Below, one piece after another: positions 19,430 through 29,599 of a stretch of DNA of 64,000 nucleotides. The stretch comes from Candidatus Nanopelagicales bacterium. Its GTDB lineage: Bacteria > Actinomycetota > Actinomycetes > S36-B12 > GCA-2699445. Numbering within the stretch: position 1 is the stretch's first letter; each line of letters opens with the position of its first letter. Location of the stretch: positions 39,121 to 103,120 of the forward strand of contig JAUYJT010000061.1 in NCBI GenBank assembly GCA_030700225.1, written 5' to 3'. Under the pieces are notes generated by a model, which saw nothing but the letters and a program-made list of their open reading frames with translations, searched no databases and was not told the DNA's origin. The position numbers and the translations under genes were made by a program.

Positions 19430-20548
19430 ATGAAAGCGAAGGATGCCCTCCGCGTGCTTGCCGAGGTCACCGCCTACCAGTGGGGCATGGTGACGTCGGC
19501 TCAAGCCAGCATCCACGGCATCACCCGACTGGACCTTTCGCGACTCGCCGCCGACGGGCTCCTGGAGCGACTCGCTCACGGCGTCTACAAGGATGCCGGT
19601 GCTCCCGGCGATCAGTTCGACGACATGCGGGCCGCATGGCTGAGCACCGACCCGAAGCGTCTCGCCTACGAGCGCAGCAAGAACCTCGCAGGCGACGCCG
19701 TCTTCGCGGGCGGGTCTGCTGCCCGTCTACACGGCATCGGTGACCTCTGGGATCGACACCACGACTTCATGGCGTCGACGCGCCGACAGAGCCAGCGGGC
19801 CGAGATTCGCTATCGCCAGTGCAGGCTGGACTCGCGCGACGTCACCATCGTCGAAGGACTCCCCACGCTGACGATGGAGGCGACGGTCGCCGATCTCTTC
19901 AACGTTGAGGCCGATCTGCGCCACATCGCCGACGCCCTTCGTGATGCAGCGGGAAGACGTCGTCTCGACTTCGCGAAGATTGAAGAGCTGCTGGCCCCGT
20001 ACGCCGCCCGCAACGGTTTCCGCAAGAGCGACGGCGCCGGACTGCTCCGGCACCTCATGGAGCTCGCCGGCCTTGATGTCGATTCGCTGGCTCGGGTCCT
20101 GGCCCGGTCGCCGACTTACGGCTCGCTGGCGGAGGTGGCCAAACTCGTCGGGAATGTTGATGCCTTCGTCGGCACCATGACCAAAGCCGACGTGTCGGGT
20201 CGCCGATACGATGGAGGCGTGGCCGATATCGCAGCGCCTGCCCGGAAGCCGCTCAGCGGCCCCACGGGTCGCCGTGTGGCCGCCCACCGTGGGGAGCTTC
20301 TCGATGTGCTGCGCCGTCACGGCGTCACGAACCCAGAGATCTTCGGCAGCGCCGCACGGGGCGACGATCGCGAAGACAGCGACGTCGACCTGCTTGTCGA
20401 TTTCGCACCCGGGACCGACATCATCGACGTCATCGGCATCAAGCGGGAACTGGAAGACGTGCTCGGTGTGCCCGTCGACTTGGTGCCACGCAACGGCCTC
20501 AAGGAGCGCCTGCGCTCACGCGCCGCGAAGGATCTGCTACCACTGTGA
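19430..20548 (+). CDS. fusion protein: AbiEi-like N-terminal domain plus MNT-type minimal nucleotidyltransferase C-terminal domain
   Basis: 372 aa in one uninterrupted frame. The N-terminus (LRVLAEVTAYQWGMVTSAQASIHGITRLDLSRLAADGLLERLAHGVY) resembles AbiEi-type antitoxin/regulators. The C-terminus (LLDVLRRHGVTNPEIFGSAARGDDREDSDVDLLVDF) carries the GSxxRGx(n)DxD Pol-beta NTase motif of MNT antitoxins. Confidence 0.7.
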   Translation: MKAKDALRVLAEVTAYQWGMVTSAQASIHGITRLDLSRLAADGLLERLAHGVYKDAGAPGDQFDDMRAAWLSTDPKRLAYERSKNLAGDAVFAGGSAARLHGIGDLWDRHHDFMASTRRQSQRAEIRYRQCRLDSRDVTIVEGLPTLTMEATVADLFNVEADLRHIADALRDAAGRRRLDFAKIEELLAPYAARNGFRKSDGAGLLRHLMELAGLDVDSLARVLARSPTYGSLAEVAKLVGNVDAFVGTMTKADVSGRRYDGGVADIAAPARKPLSGPTGRRVAAHRGELLDVLRRHGVTNPEIFGSAARGDDREDSDVDLLVDFAPGTDIIDVIGIKRELEDVLGVPVDLVPRNGLKERLRSRAAKDLLPL

Positions 20549-20694
20549 GCCGCTCCGACGCCGACCGACTCGATGACATCGCGACAGCCATCACGTCGAT
20601 CCGCTCTCACCTCCAGCTCACCGTCGACAACCGCCTGGCGCCTCTCGCTGACGCCATCGAACGCATGAAGGGCATCCTGCCGCCCGAGATATGA
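20545..20694 (+). pseudogene. truncated HepT (DUF86)-like toxin remnant, 49 codons
   Basis: GTGA overlap with the upstream stop. VSRSDADRLDDIATAITSIRSHLQLTVDNRLAPLADAIERMKGILPPEI has HepT-like N- and C-terminal helices. It lacks the central Rx4HxY RNase motif and is less than half the usual length. Confidence 0.5.
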
Positions 20695-20772
20695 GGCTTG
20701 CATCGCCAGGTGCCCTCGCTCGATCTCCTCCCGAATCGCCTTGATAGCACAGGCTGCGTGAGTCGCTGGCGC

Positions 20773-21465
20773 TCAGCGACCGCGCATCTGCGCCCGGGCG
20801 GCCTTCGCGCTCTTCGGCATGGGGCCCTTGGGGATCGGGGCTGGCTGCTTGGTCACAGCGTCCAGGCGCCGTCGCACAGCAGTGACTTCCGCCGGCCTCA
20901 ACGCCTTCGGGAGTCTCGAGAGTCGGCGTTGGAGTTTCGCGATCGGTACCTGTCCATCCTCGGTGCCGACCTGGATCTCGTGTATCGGGGTTTCGGGGAC
21001 ATACCGCTGGGTGCGCTTCTTCTCGCTTGTCAGGACGTGCTCAACACGCGCCGACGGGCCCTCGGAGACCAGAATCACGCCGGGTCTGCCGACGACTCGG
21101 TGAACGATGTCCTGGTTGCGAGTGACGCAAACTCCTGGGGTCGTAGTCCAGTTGCCACGCATCGCCTTCGCGACGGCGGCCGCACCGCCAGGCTGGTCCT
21201 CCACTTGACGGTAGGCGGCGCTCATGGCTTTGCGACTGAAGTAGAACATCGCCGCCAGTAGGCCAAGCGGGACGCCCATGATGATCAGCGTCGCCGGGTT
21301 CCCAATCAGGGCCCCGGCGAGGATGAACACGGCCAGCACGACGCAGAACAGACCGAGCATGATCCATCCCACGCTCGGATAGACCTGGCGAGTCATCTTG
21401 AAGTTGGCCCGCAACTGGGAAACCCAAGCGAAACGCTTCTTCTTCGGTTCAGGGGCTGGTGGCAT
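20773..21465 (-). CDS. DUF4191-family membrane protein
   Basis: 230 aa. [20 protein letters not shown], two TM helices, conserved position next to lipA in actinobacteria. Confidence 0.75.
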   Translation of the reverse strand: MPPAPEPKKKRFAWVSQLRANFKMTRQVYPSVGWIMLGLFCVVLAVFILAGALIGNPATLIIMGVPLGLLAAMFYFSRKAMSAAYRQVEDQPGGAAAVAKAMRGNWTTTPGVCVTRNQDIVHRVVGRPGVILVSEGPSARVEHVLTSEKKRTQRYVPETPIHEIQVGTEDGQVPIAKLQRRLSRLPKALRPAEVTAVRRRLDAVTKQPAPIPKGPMPKSAKAARAQMRGR

Positions 21466-22384
21466 GGTCCCCAGGATAGGTCACGGCCGAGCGGTACAGG
21501 CGGCCAGCTCTGTACGACGAACGCACTAGCGGACCGCTCATGACCCCCCGGAATCCGGCAGACAGCGCGAAAGCGCGCCAAGCTTCGAAATCCTCGGGCG
21601 GAACCCAGCGGGCTACCGGGTGGTGGCGAGCACTGGGACGCAGATACTGAGTGATCGTGAGCAAGTCGCAACCCGCGGCGCGCAGATCCAAAATCGTCGC
21701 TACGACGTCTTCGTCCGTTTCGCCAAGCCCGAGGATCAGGTTCGACTTCGTGATGGCGCCGAGTCCCTTGGCATGCGTGATCACCGAGAGCGATCGCTCG
21801 AAGCTGAACGCGGGCCGTACCTCGCGCATGAGCCGGGGCACGGTCTCGACATTGTGGGCCAGCACCTGAGGACCAGCGTCGATAACCTCATCGAGCAGAT
21901 CGGACTTGCCGGAGAAGTCGGGGATGAGAACTTCAACGCCGACGTTGGGGACGGCGGAGTGGATCTGCCGCACGGTCTCGGAGTAGAGCCAGGCACCCTG
22001 ATCAGGCAGATCGTCGCGGGCCACTCCCGTGACAGTCGCATACTCCAGGCCCATCTTCAGCACTGCCGCGGCCACGCGCTCCGGCTCAGCGAGGTCCAGA
22101 GCATCCGGCCTTCCGGTGTCGATTTGGCAGAAGTCGCAGCGCCTCGTGCATCGTGATCCACCGACTAGGAACGTCGCCTCACGATCTTCCCAGCACTCGA
22201 AGATGTTCGGGCAGCGAGCTTCCTGGCAAACGGTGTGGAGCGAGTCGTGTCGGACGAGCTCTTGAATCTCCAAGTAGGTGGGACCCGTCGACAGCTTGGT
22301 CTTGATCCACTCTGGCTTGCGTTCGATCGGCGTCTCGGCGTTGTGGCGCTCTATCCGGCGCAGGGGCAGATCCGATGTGGCCAC
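21449..22384 (-). CDS. lipA: lipoyl synthase
   Basis: 311 aa. [13 protein letters not shown]-type cluster ([14 protein letters not shown]) and radical-SAM motif [10 protein letters not shown]. Confidence 0.95.
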   Translation of the reverse strand: MATSDLPLRRIERHNAETPIERKPEWIKTKLSTGPTYLEIQELVRHDSLHTVCQEARCPNIFECWEDREATFLVGGSRCTRRCDFCQIDTGRPDALDLAEPERVAAAVLKMGLEYATVTGVARDDLPDQGAWLYSETVRQIHSAVPNVGVEVLIPDFSGKSDLLDEVIDAGPQVLAHNVETVPRLMREVRPAFSFERSLSVITHAKGLGAITKSNLILGLGETDEDVVATILDLRAAGCDLLTITQYLRPSARHHPVARWVPPEDFEAWRAFALSAGFRGVMSGPLVRSSYRAGRLYRSAVTYPGDHATSP

Positions 22385-22392
22385 ACGCGAGC

Positions 22393-23130
22393 CTAAGCGG
22401 TGGCCGGGCCGCTAACGGGCCACTGGCCGCCGAGTCGTCGCGTCAGTGCCGCAGCGGCATCACGCGCTGTGACCGCGGATCCGAGGACTCGCGTCAGCGA
22501 AGTCACGCCCGCGTCCGGAATGCCGCAAGGCACTATCCGGTCCGCCCAGGTGAGGTCGCAGTCGCAGTTGAGCGCGAAACCGTGCATGGTCACGCCCCGA
22601 GCGACCCGAACGCCGACGGCTGCGATCTTCGCGTCCCTGCCCGCTGCATCGTGCGTCCAAACTCCAGAGCGACCTTCGCGGCGCCCGGCCCGGACCCCGA
22701 AGCTGTCGCAGACAGCCAGGAGCAGCGACTCCATGCGCCGCACATGTGCCACTACGTCGAGAGGGTGTGGCAGGCGGACGATTGGGTAGCCGACGAGCTG
22801 CCCAGGGCCGTGCCACGTGATCCGGCCACCCCGGTCGACGTCGATCACGGGTGACCCGTCGACGGGGCGGTCCGTAGGGCGCGTCCGGGTTCCCGCCGTG
22901 AAGATCGGCGCGTGCTCCAGCAGGAGCAACGTGTCGGGCCGGGAGCCATCGGCCACCCGCGCGTGGATGGATCGCTGAAGCCGCCAGGCCTCCGGATAGG
23001 GGATGAGACGCGAGCCCAGCTCAAGCTCCACGATGTCGAGCGGCCGTGCCCTGGCGCCGCCGTCGGCAACTGGCGCCCTTGGACGCTTGTAGTGAGCCGT
23101 CTCGACGACGGCAGTACCCGCGGAAGTCAA
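22393..23130 (-). CDS. lipB: lipoyl(octanoyl) transferase
   Basis: 245 aa. [47 protein letters not shown]. The exact start is uncertain. Confidence 0.88.
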   Translation of the reverse strand: MTSAGTAVVETAHYKRPRAPVADGGARARPLDIVELELGSRLIPYPEAWRLQRSIHARVADGSRPDTLLLLEHAPIFTAGTRTRPTDRPVDGSPVIDVDRGGRITWHGPGQLVGYPIVRLPHPLDVVAHVRRMESLLLAVCDSFGVRAGRREGRSGVWTHDAAGRDAKIAAVGVRVARGVTMHGFALNCDCDLTWADRIVPCGIPDAGVTSLTRVLGSAVTARDAAAALTRRLGGQWPVSGPATA

Positions 23131-24785
23131 AGTCCCAGCTCCCCCTCGAACTCTCCTTCCTCAAGCCGCCGTTTGATGGCTGACATGAACCGCGCGGCGT
23201 CCGCTCCGTCTATGACCCGATGGTCGTAGGTCAGTGCCAGATAGGCCATTGACCTGATCGCCATGAGATCCCCGCCGTCCGAACCCTGGACGACAACCGG
23301 CCGCTTGACGACCGCTCCCGTGGCCAGGATGGCGACCTGTGGCTGGTTGATTATTGGGGTGTCGATCAGGGATCCCCGGCTGCCGGTGTTTGTCAGCGTG
23401 AATGTCGCGCCGGACAACTCGTCAGGTGAGACGCGGTTCGTTCGCGTGCGCTCGGCGAGATTCGCGATGTGCCGGGCGAGGCCAGCGATGTTGAGGTCGC
23501 CCGCGTCGCGGATCACGGGTGCGAGCAGACCGCGCTTGGTGTCGACCGCGATGCCCAGATGCTCGAAGTCGTGGTAAGTGATCTCGCCCTCCGCCATGTC
23601 AACCGAGGCGTTCAGGGACGGATGGGACTTCAGGGCTTCGACAGCGGCCTTGGCGAAGAACGGAAGGTATGAGAGCTTGACGCCTTCGTGGGACTCGAAG
23701 CGTTCCTTGACCCGGCTGCGCAGAGCGGCGATGCGGGACAGGTCCACCTCTGACACGGTCGTCAGTTGCGCGGAAACCTGGAGCGATTCCACCATTCGCT
23801 CGGCGATGAGACGTCGCAAGTTCGACATCTTCTCGGTTCTGCCGCGCAAGTCGGCCGCCGTGGGCTTCGGGGCGTCTGGCGTGGTCGGCGCTGGACGGGA
23901 CGGCGGCCGCTGGACGCGCGCCCCCGTCTGGCCAGGACTGGCCGTTGTCGGTTGTTGGCTGCCAACTCCCGCCGCTGCCAGGACATCCTGACGGCGGATT
24001 CGCCCGCCGATTCCCGTGCCGACTACAGAACCCAGGTCCACGCCGTGGTCGGCGGCGAGCTTACGGACCAGCGGCGTGACATAGGCGGGACTGGTGTCGG
24101 TGGCGGGTCCGGCGTCCGGGGCTGAGCCCGCGGGCGGCGGTCCCCCGGCGGTCCCGGTGCCGGGTCCCTTGGTCGGCCCAGCGGCTTCAAGCCTCACGCC
24201 GCTGGCTCCGACCCCGGCACCCGACACCGGGACCGAGGCGGGGGATTGAAGCGCGCTGGCTGATCCGACGACGCCAATCGCGCCACCTACCTCCACAACC
24301 TCGTCCTGCGCGGCGACGATCTGAAGAAGAGTCCCGGCGACGGGGCTGGGGATTTCGGTATCAACTTTGTCGGTCGAGATCTCCACGAGCGGCTCGTCGA
24401 CCTCAACGGTGTCGCCCACTGACTTCAGCCAACGGATAACGGTGCCTTCGGTGACGGACTCCCCAAGTTCGGGCAGCGTGATCACGGTCGGTGCATCGGA
24501 GGCTGGCGCAGCGGATGCTGGCGCGGGGGGCTGAGCCGACATCTGATCTGCCGCGCCTATCACCGCGAGTTCAGCTCCAACCGCCACGACGTCGTCCTCC
24601 GCCGCAGCGATCGACACGAGGACGCCGGACGCTGGGGCGGGGATCTCGGTATCCACCTTGTCTGTGGCAACTTCGACGATGGGTTCTCCGTCTGCGACCA
24701 TGTCTCCCACCTGCTTGAGCCAGCGGGTGACTGTGCCTTCTGTGACGTTCTCGCCGAGTTGCGGCATGGTGACGTTGACCGACAC
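23127..24785 (-). CDS. sucB: dihydrolipoamide acyl(succinyl)transferase E2 component
   Basis: Two lipoyl domains (2x ..[14 protein letters not shown]..), an Ala/Pro linker, a PSBD ([16 protein letters not shown]) and a catalytic domain ([16 protein letters not shown]). Start placed at GTG 24785 ([12 protein letters not shown]). ATG alternatives are at 24800 and 24767. Confidence 0.9.
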   Translation of the reverse strand: MSVNVTMPQLGENVTEGTVTRWLKQVGDMVADGEPIVEVATDKVDTEIPAPASGVLVSIAAAEDDVVAVGAELAVIGAADQMSAQPPAPASAAPASDAPTVITLPELGESVTEGTVIRWLKSVGDTVEVDEPLVEISTDKVDTEIPSPVAGTLLQIVAAQDEVVEVGGAIGVVGSASALQSPASVPVSGAGVGASGVRLEAAGPTKGPGTGTAGGPPPAGSAPDAGPATDTSPAYVTPLVRKLAADHGVDLGSVVGTGIGGRIRRQDVLAAAGVGSQQPTTASPGQTGARVQRPPSRPAPTTPDAPKPTAADLRGRTEKMSNLRRLIAERMVESLQVSAQLTTVSEVDLSRIAALRSRVKERFESHEGVKLSYLPFFAKAAVEALKSHPSLNASVDMAEGEITYHDFEHLGIAVDTKRGLLAPVIRDAGDLNIAGLARHIANLAERTRTNRVSPDELSGATFTLTNTGSRGSLIDTPIINQPQVAILATGAVVKRPVVVQGSDGGDLMAIRSMAYLALTYDHRVIDGADAARFMSAIKRRLEEGEFEGELGL

Positions 24786-24892
24786 GCGTATCCACTCCAA
24801 TCCGTGGCTAGTGGCCAGCTCATCTTCCCCTGAGTCGGGCCTTCTGTCAGCTACCGGTTCGTGGCATGTGGGCGGCGCGTCTTCTCGGCGCG

Positions 24893-26290
24893 CTATCCGT
24901 GCGCGTGCAGGGGCTTCCCGGCTAGCGCGAGGTGGGCCTCGCCGAGGGCCTCGTTCTGCGTCGGATGCGCGTGGATCAGGGTCGCGACGTCCCCCGGGAT
25001 GGCTTCCCAGCCGCAGATCAACTGGGCCTCTCCGATCTGCTCGCCCATTCGACTGCCGACCATGTGGATACCCACGACCGGGCCGTCGGTCAGCTGCACG
25101 AGCTTGACGAAGCCCCGAGTTCCCAGGATCTGACTCTTGCCGTTCCCGGCCAGGTCGTACTCGTATGTGCTCACCGAATCATGCCCGAACTTGTCGCGCG
25201 CCTGAGCTTCCGTCAGCCCCACCGAGGCCACTTCGGGGTCGCAGTAAGTGACGCGCGGAATGGCGGTCTCAACGATCGGTTCGGGTCGCAGACCGGCGAT
25301 CTCCTCGGCGACGAATACCCCTTGCGCGAACCCGCGATGCGCCAACTGCGGCCCAGGCACGATGTCCCCGACAGCGAACACGTTCGGCAGATTCGTGCGC
25401 AGACGCTCATCTGTGATGACCCACCCACGGTCCATCGCCAGGCCACTGGCTTCGTAACCCATCCCCGACGTGTTGGGGCCTCGGCCCACAGCGACGAGCA
25501 ACAGGTCAGCGGTGAGTGTCGCTCCATCGGCCAGAGTCACGGTCACGCTGGATTCGTCCTGAGTCGCAGAGGTGAGCGCGACGCCGGTCTTGAACGCGAT
25601 CCGGCGCTTGCGGAAAGCGCGTTCAAGAGCCTTGGAGCACGCCTCGTCCTCAGCCGCTACGAGATTCGGTAGGGCTTCGACGATGGTCACGTCGGCGCCG
25701 AAGGACCGCCAGACGCTGGCGAATTCAACGCCGATGACCCCGCCTCCAAGCACGATCACCGAATCTGGAATCCAGTCCAGCTCCAGAGCCTCGTCGCTGG
25801 TGATGATGCGACCGCCGATCTCGAGGCCGGGGAGAGTGCGGGGCACCGAGCCTGAAGCCAGGACCAGATTCCGCCCCCGATAGCCGACTCCACCGACCGT
25901 GATCTCATCGGGTCCGGTCAGGGCGCCCGTGCCCGCGACGTAAGTGATGGCCTTGCTTTCCACCAATCCCCGCAGGCCCTTGTACAGCCGCGCGACTACG
26001 GAGTCCTTGTAACGGTTGACGCCCGGCAAGTCGATCCCGTCGAAGGTCGCCGACACTCCGAAGGCCGCCGAGCCGCGCGCGGTATCGGCGACTTCCGCGG
26101 CATGCAGGAGCGCCTTGGTCGGGATGCAGCCGCGGTGCAGACAAGTTCCGCCCAGCTTGTCCTTCTCAATCAGCGCCACCGACAGTCCCAGCTCGGAGGC
26201 CCGAAGCGCACACGCGTACCCGCCGCTGCCACCGCCCAGGATGACGACATCGAACAACTCGCCCGCCGCCTCGCCGGTTTCGTCAGTCAT
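24893..26290 (-). CDS. lpd: dihydrolipoyl dehydrogenase (E3)
   Basis: FDVVILGGGSGGYA, redox-active GGTCLHRGCIPTK, C-terminal HAHPTQNEALGEA. Start trimmed to MTDETGE (ATG, complement of 26288-26290, GAGGAG upstream). The 590-aa ORF is read-through. Confidence 0.92.
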   Translation of the reverse strand: MTDETGEAAGELFDVVILGGGSGGYACALRASELGLSVALIEKDKLGGTCLHRGCIPTKALLHAAEVADTARGSAAFGVSATFDGIDLPGVNRYKDSVVARLYKGLRGLVESKAITYVAGTGALTGPDEITVGGVGYRGRNLVLASGSVPRTLPGLEIGGRIITSDEALELDWIPDSVIVLGGGVIGVEFASVWRSFGADVTIVEALPNLVAAEDEACSKALERAFRKRRIAFKTGVALTSATQDESSVTVTLADGATLTADLLLVAVGRGPNTSGMGYEASGLAMDRGWVITDERLRTNLPNVFAVGDIVPGPQLAHRGFAQGVFVAEEIAGLRPEPIVETAIPRVTYCDPEVASVGLTEAQARDKFGHDSVSTYEYDLAGNGKSQILGTRGFVKLVQLTDGPVVGIHMVGSRMGEQIGEAQLICGWEAIPGDVATLIHAHPTQNEALGEAHLALAGKPLHAHG

Positions 26291-26394
26291 TGCCCCGCTC
26301 CTCTTCGCCCCATGGGGGTCCCCCTGCCCTGCGGGGGATGGGCTGCCATTGGAATCCTGGCATTCGGCGGAGGCAGGCGACGAGCCGCCCCAGT

Positions 26395-27879
26395 TCAGTC
26401 CTGGAGCGACTGGCGCCTGAGTAGTTCCACGAGCGACCGGACCCCGAAGCCGGTGCCGCCCTTTGGCGTGTACCCATAGCGGCTCTCGGGATTGAAGGCC
26501 GGTCCGGCGATGTCGAGGTGTGCCCACGCGGTGCCCCGGGGAATGAACTCGCGCAGGAAGATCCCGGCCGCCAGCATCCCGCCGTTGCGGTCGCCGGTGT
26601 TCGTCAGGTCGGCGACCGATGATTTCAGCCCGGCTCGCAGGTGTTCGGGCATCGGCATCGCCCACATGTCCTCGCCCGCGGCATCGGCGGCCGCCACCAC
26701 GCGTGACCGCAGACCGTCGTCGTTGGCCATAACGGCTGCGGTCCTCATGCCAAGAGCGATCATCGCCGCGCCCGTCAGAGTAGCTACGTCGATTATCGAG
26801 TCGGGGGAGTCTTCGCAGGCTCTGGCCAGCGCGTCGGCCAGGACAAGCCGCCCCTCGGCGTCAGTGTTGAGGACTTCGACGGTCTTGCCGCCCCGAATCT
26901 TGATTACGTCTCCTGGCCTTTGGGCGCTGCCGCCGGGCATGTTCTCCGCTGCCGCCAGCCATCCGGTGACGTTGATCGGCAGGCCGAGCTTGGAGACGGC
27001 CGACACCGTCGCGAGCACGCAGGCCGCGCCGGCCATGTCGTGCTTCATGGTCTCCATCGACTTGGCGGGCTTGAGCGAAAGGCCCCCGGAGTCGAACGTG
27101 ATGCCCTTGCCCACCAGCGCGGTGTGGAGCCGGGCCTTCGGATGGCGGTGCTGGAGCTGGATCAGGCGCGGGCCGTCGTGGGAGCCTTGACCGACTGCCA
27201 GGATCCCGCCGAACTCCCCGCGCCGCAGGTCGTGCTGGTCGAGGATCTCGACGCCGACGTCGGTGTGCTTGAACAGCTTGTCGGCCTGGCTGGCCAGGGC
27301 GGCGGGGTTGAGGTTGTTCGCCGGGGTGTTCACAAGATCGCGGCCCAAGTTCACGGCCGCCGCGACTGTCGTGGCTTCGGCGACAGCTTCCTTGACCGGA
27401 GAGTCGTCGGCTGTGGGGACCACGAGGATGATCTCGGACGGTGCGGGGCCGTCAGGGTCGGAGCTGTCGCCTCGGTAGGCGTCGAACCTGTATGCGCCCA
27501 GCAAGGCACCCTCCGCCACACAGGCCACGGTGACCGGATCGGAGTCAGGCGCGAGGACCGCGATCCGCGCTAGCCCCCATGTGTCGCGCAGGGTGCCGCC
27601 GACGGCATCGCGGAGATCCTCCGATGAAGGCTGGGCTGCGATCGTGGTCAAGATGGTCACCCGGCCGGGGCCGCGCTGAGAGCTCGGGATCCGGATCGGC
27701 CCCGTGTCGGCGCCAGTGGGCGCTAGGTCGGAGGCCGCCTGTGCGATCAGTCGTTCAGCCGCGCGTCCCAGCGTCTTGGGCGGCACAAGCAGGTCCATTC
27801 GCCCGTCAGACCTGATGGCGAACACGACGAGGGCGTCGACATCCGCAGGGGCCTCAATGCTGAGCCGTAGCGCGGTCAT
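26395..27879 (-). CDS. pepA: leucyl aminopeptidase (M17)
   Basis: 494 aa. VGKGITFDSGGLSLKP, NTDAEGRLVLADAL, M17 signature. Confidence 0.92.
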   Translation of the reverse strand: MTALRLSIEAPADVDALVVFAIRSDGRMDLLVPPKTLGRAAERLIAQAASDLAPTGADTGPIRIPSSQRGPGRVTILTTIAAQPSSEDLRDAVGGTLRDTWGLARIAVLAPDSDPVTVACVAEGALLGAYRFDAYRGDSSDPDGPAPSEIILVVPTADDSPVKEAVAEATTVAAAVNLGRDLVNTPANNLNPAALASQADKLFKHTDVGVEILDQHDLRRGEFGGILAVGQGSHDGPRLIQLQHRHPKARLHTALVGKGITFDSGGLSLKPAKSMETMKHDMAGAACVLATVSAVSKLGLPINVTGWLAAAENMPGGSAQRPGDVIKIRGGKTVEVLNTDAEGRLVLADALARACEDSPDSIIDVATLTGAAMIALGMRTAAVMANDDGLRSRVVAAADAAGEDMWAMPMPEHLRAGLKSSVADLTNTGDRNGGMLAAGIFLREFIPRGTAWAHLDIAGPAFNPESRYGYTPKGGTGFGVRSLVELLRRQSLQD

Positions 27880-27962
27880 GCGTTTCCTTTCGAGTCGGAT
27901 GACTCCCCCAGTCGTGGCACCAGGTTGATCGCAGGCTACCGGGCGGGCGGTAGCTTCATGCC

Positions 27963-29069
27963 ATGACCGAAGATCGGCGTGACAGTCGGCGGCAGGAACT
28001 GAAGGAAACGCCGATCACCGCATGGAACCGGGCGGCCGGAGCCAAGATGGCCGATTTCGCCGGATGGGCGATGCCGATTGAGTACCCGGCCGGCACGATC
28101 TCCGAGCATCGCGCGGTGCGCTCAGGCTGCGGACTGTTCGACGTCTCGCACATGGGAACCGTGCGGATCTCGGGGGGGCCGGCCGTTGCCCGGCTCAACG
28201 AGACCCTCACGAACGACTTGGCTGTTCTGGATGACGGACAAGTGCAGTACACGTTGCTGTGCGACGAGAACGGCGGCGTTGTCGACGACATGCTCGCGAC
28301 GCGCATGCGTGCCGATGAAGTGTTGCTTGTGCCAAATGCCTCCAACACCGCCGCTGTACTGGCTGTGCTGCGCGAGGCTCTTGGCGACGAGGCCGTGGTG
28401 GACGAGGGTGACGTTGCCGCGATTCTGGCGGTCCAAGGTCCCGCATCCCCGGGCGTTCTTGAGAGTCTTGGACTGCCCTCGCGGCACAGGTACTTGACGG
28501 TGGAGACGGCCAAGTTCGAGGGCGTCCCGGTGATCGTCTCCAGGACTGGCTACACCGGCGAAGTCGGATTCGAGATCTTCGTTCCGGTGGCAGCGGCAGC
28601 GAGGCTTTGGGAAAGCCTGATCCAGGTTCCCGCAGTGACCCCGGCTGGGCTTGGTGCTCGCGACACCTTGCGCACCGAGATGGGGTACCCGCTGCATGGA
28701 CACGAGCTGTCGGCATCCATCGGGCCGGTTGAGGCTGGCCTGGCGTGGGCCGTCGCGTGGGACAAGCCGCATTTCATCGGGGACGCTGAGCTTCGGCGGC
28801 AGCGGGCCGAGGGGCCGAAGCGGCGGCTGCGTGGCGTTCGCGTGACGGGGCGGGGCGTGCCCAGGCCGGGCATGGTCGTGCGGGAGGGCGGACGGGATAT
28901 CGGATTGCTGACCAGCGGCACGTTCTCGCCCACGCTCGGTACTGGTATTGGTCTGGCTCTGGTGGAGCCGGATGTTCCGCTGGACAGCGAAGTCGATGTC
29001 GACATCCGCGGCAAGTCCGTAGCTGGGCTGCTCGTGCGGCCGCCTTTCGTCGACTCGTCTCCGAAGTAG
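27963..29069 (+). CDS. gcvT: glycine cleavage system aminomethyltransferase T
   Basis: 368 aa. GWAMPIEY, GLFDVSHMG, SRTGYTGEVGFEI, GLGARDTLR. Confidence 0.93.
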   Translation: MTEDRRDSRRQELKETPITAWNRAAGAKMADFAGWAMPIEYPAGTISEHRAVRSGCGLFDVSHMGTVRISGGPAVARLNETLTNDLAVLDDGQVQYTLLCDENGGVVDDMLATRMRADEVLLVPNASNTAAVLAVLREALGDEAVVDEGDVAAILAVQGPASPGVLESLGLPSRHRYLTVETAKFEGVPVIVSRTGYTGEVGFEIFVPVAAAARLWESLIQVPAVTPAGLGARDTLRTEMGYPLHGHELSASIGPVEAGLAWAVAWDKPHFIGDAELRRQRAEGPKRRLRGVRVTGRGVPRPGMVVREGGRDIGLLTSGTFSPTLGTGIGLALVEPDVPLDSEVDVDIRGKSVAGLLVRPPFVDSSPK

Positions 29070-29080
29070 AGCGGGGTCTT
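28998..29080. repeat. direct repeat copy A (functional 3' end of gcvT plus 11 nt)
   Basis: 83 bp, 78/83 identical by manual alignment to 38992-39074. Covers the last 23 codons and stop of gcvT. Confidence 0.9.
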
Positions 29081-29141
29081 GGGGCGGCTGCTCCCCGATC
29101 CGATGCACCGCCGCGCAGCGGTTGTCTGCTGCCAACTCCGG

Positions 29142-29599
29142 GAGTAGCTTGAAGCTGCTAAGTGGACGTCAAGTGGAAGGGATGGGCCGATCATGTCTCA
29201 GGAACAGATCGCAGTGCTTGTCACCAGGGTGAAGGAAGATGAGGTCTTCGCCGCGGCGCTTGCCGTCGCGACCGACGCGCAGGATGCGCAGCGGATCGCC
29301 TCGGAAGCTGGAATCGAAGTCAGCGCCGAGGAGCTTCTGACGTTGAAAGCTCAGGCGAGCGAGGACGTCTCGGACGCCGAACTTGAGGCTGCCTCCGGCG
29401 GACGTCGTTTCTCCACCCTCGACGTCTGCCCGCCAACGCAGCTGTGCACCTTCGGCTGGATTTGCGGATAGCGGATCCGCGCCACCGCCACTGTCTAGTG
29501 ACACGACGGCGTTTCCGGGGTGGCCGCCAGTGACGGTTGATGCGGCTATCGGTACTCACGGCTGGCCTTGGCACGAGCGTTTGGAGCGCGCTGGGCGAT
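29142..29599. repeat. tandem segmental duplication, copy 1 (lanA upstream region + leader; lanM 5' stub)
   Basis: 29142-29405 matches 29849-30112 (offset 707): the upstream 51 nt are identical and I counted about 17 substitutions in the 213-nt leader part. 29530-29599 matches 30187-30256 (69/70). The core-encoding stretch between them cannot be aligned. Confidence 0.9.
29193..29471 (+). CDS. class II lanthipeptide precursor with Nif11-type leader (LanA1), 92 aa
   Basis: The 70-aa leader MSQEQIAVLVTRVKEDEVFAAALAVATDAQDAQRIASEAGIEVSAEELLTLKAQASEDVSDAELEAASGG ends in a double-Gly. Core RRFSTLDVCPPTQLCTFGWICG (4 Ser/Thr, 3 Cys). GGAAGGGA lies ahead of the ATG. Confidence 0.85.
   Translation: MSQEQIAVLVTRVKEDEVFAAALAVATDAQDAQRIASEAGIEVSAEELLTLKAQASEDVSDAELEAASGGRRFSTLDVCPPTQLCTFGWICG

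Noticed and set aside
20695-20772. The minus-strand translation between the HepT remnant and DUF4191 reads AIKAIREEIERGHLA, which looks protein-like and could be another gene fragment.
   Set aside because: It is too short, has no start or stop context, and I cannot assign it to a family. Recorded only as a possible further relic in the TA islet.
27880-27962. Looked for a glycine riboswitch upstream of gcvT.
   Set aside because: The pepA-gcvT divergent spacer is only ~83 bp, and I could not find the conserved glycine-aptamer core elements. No call.
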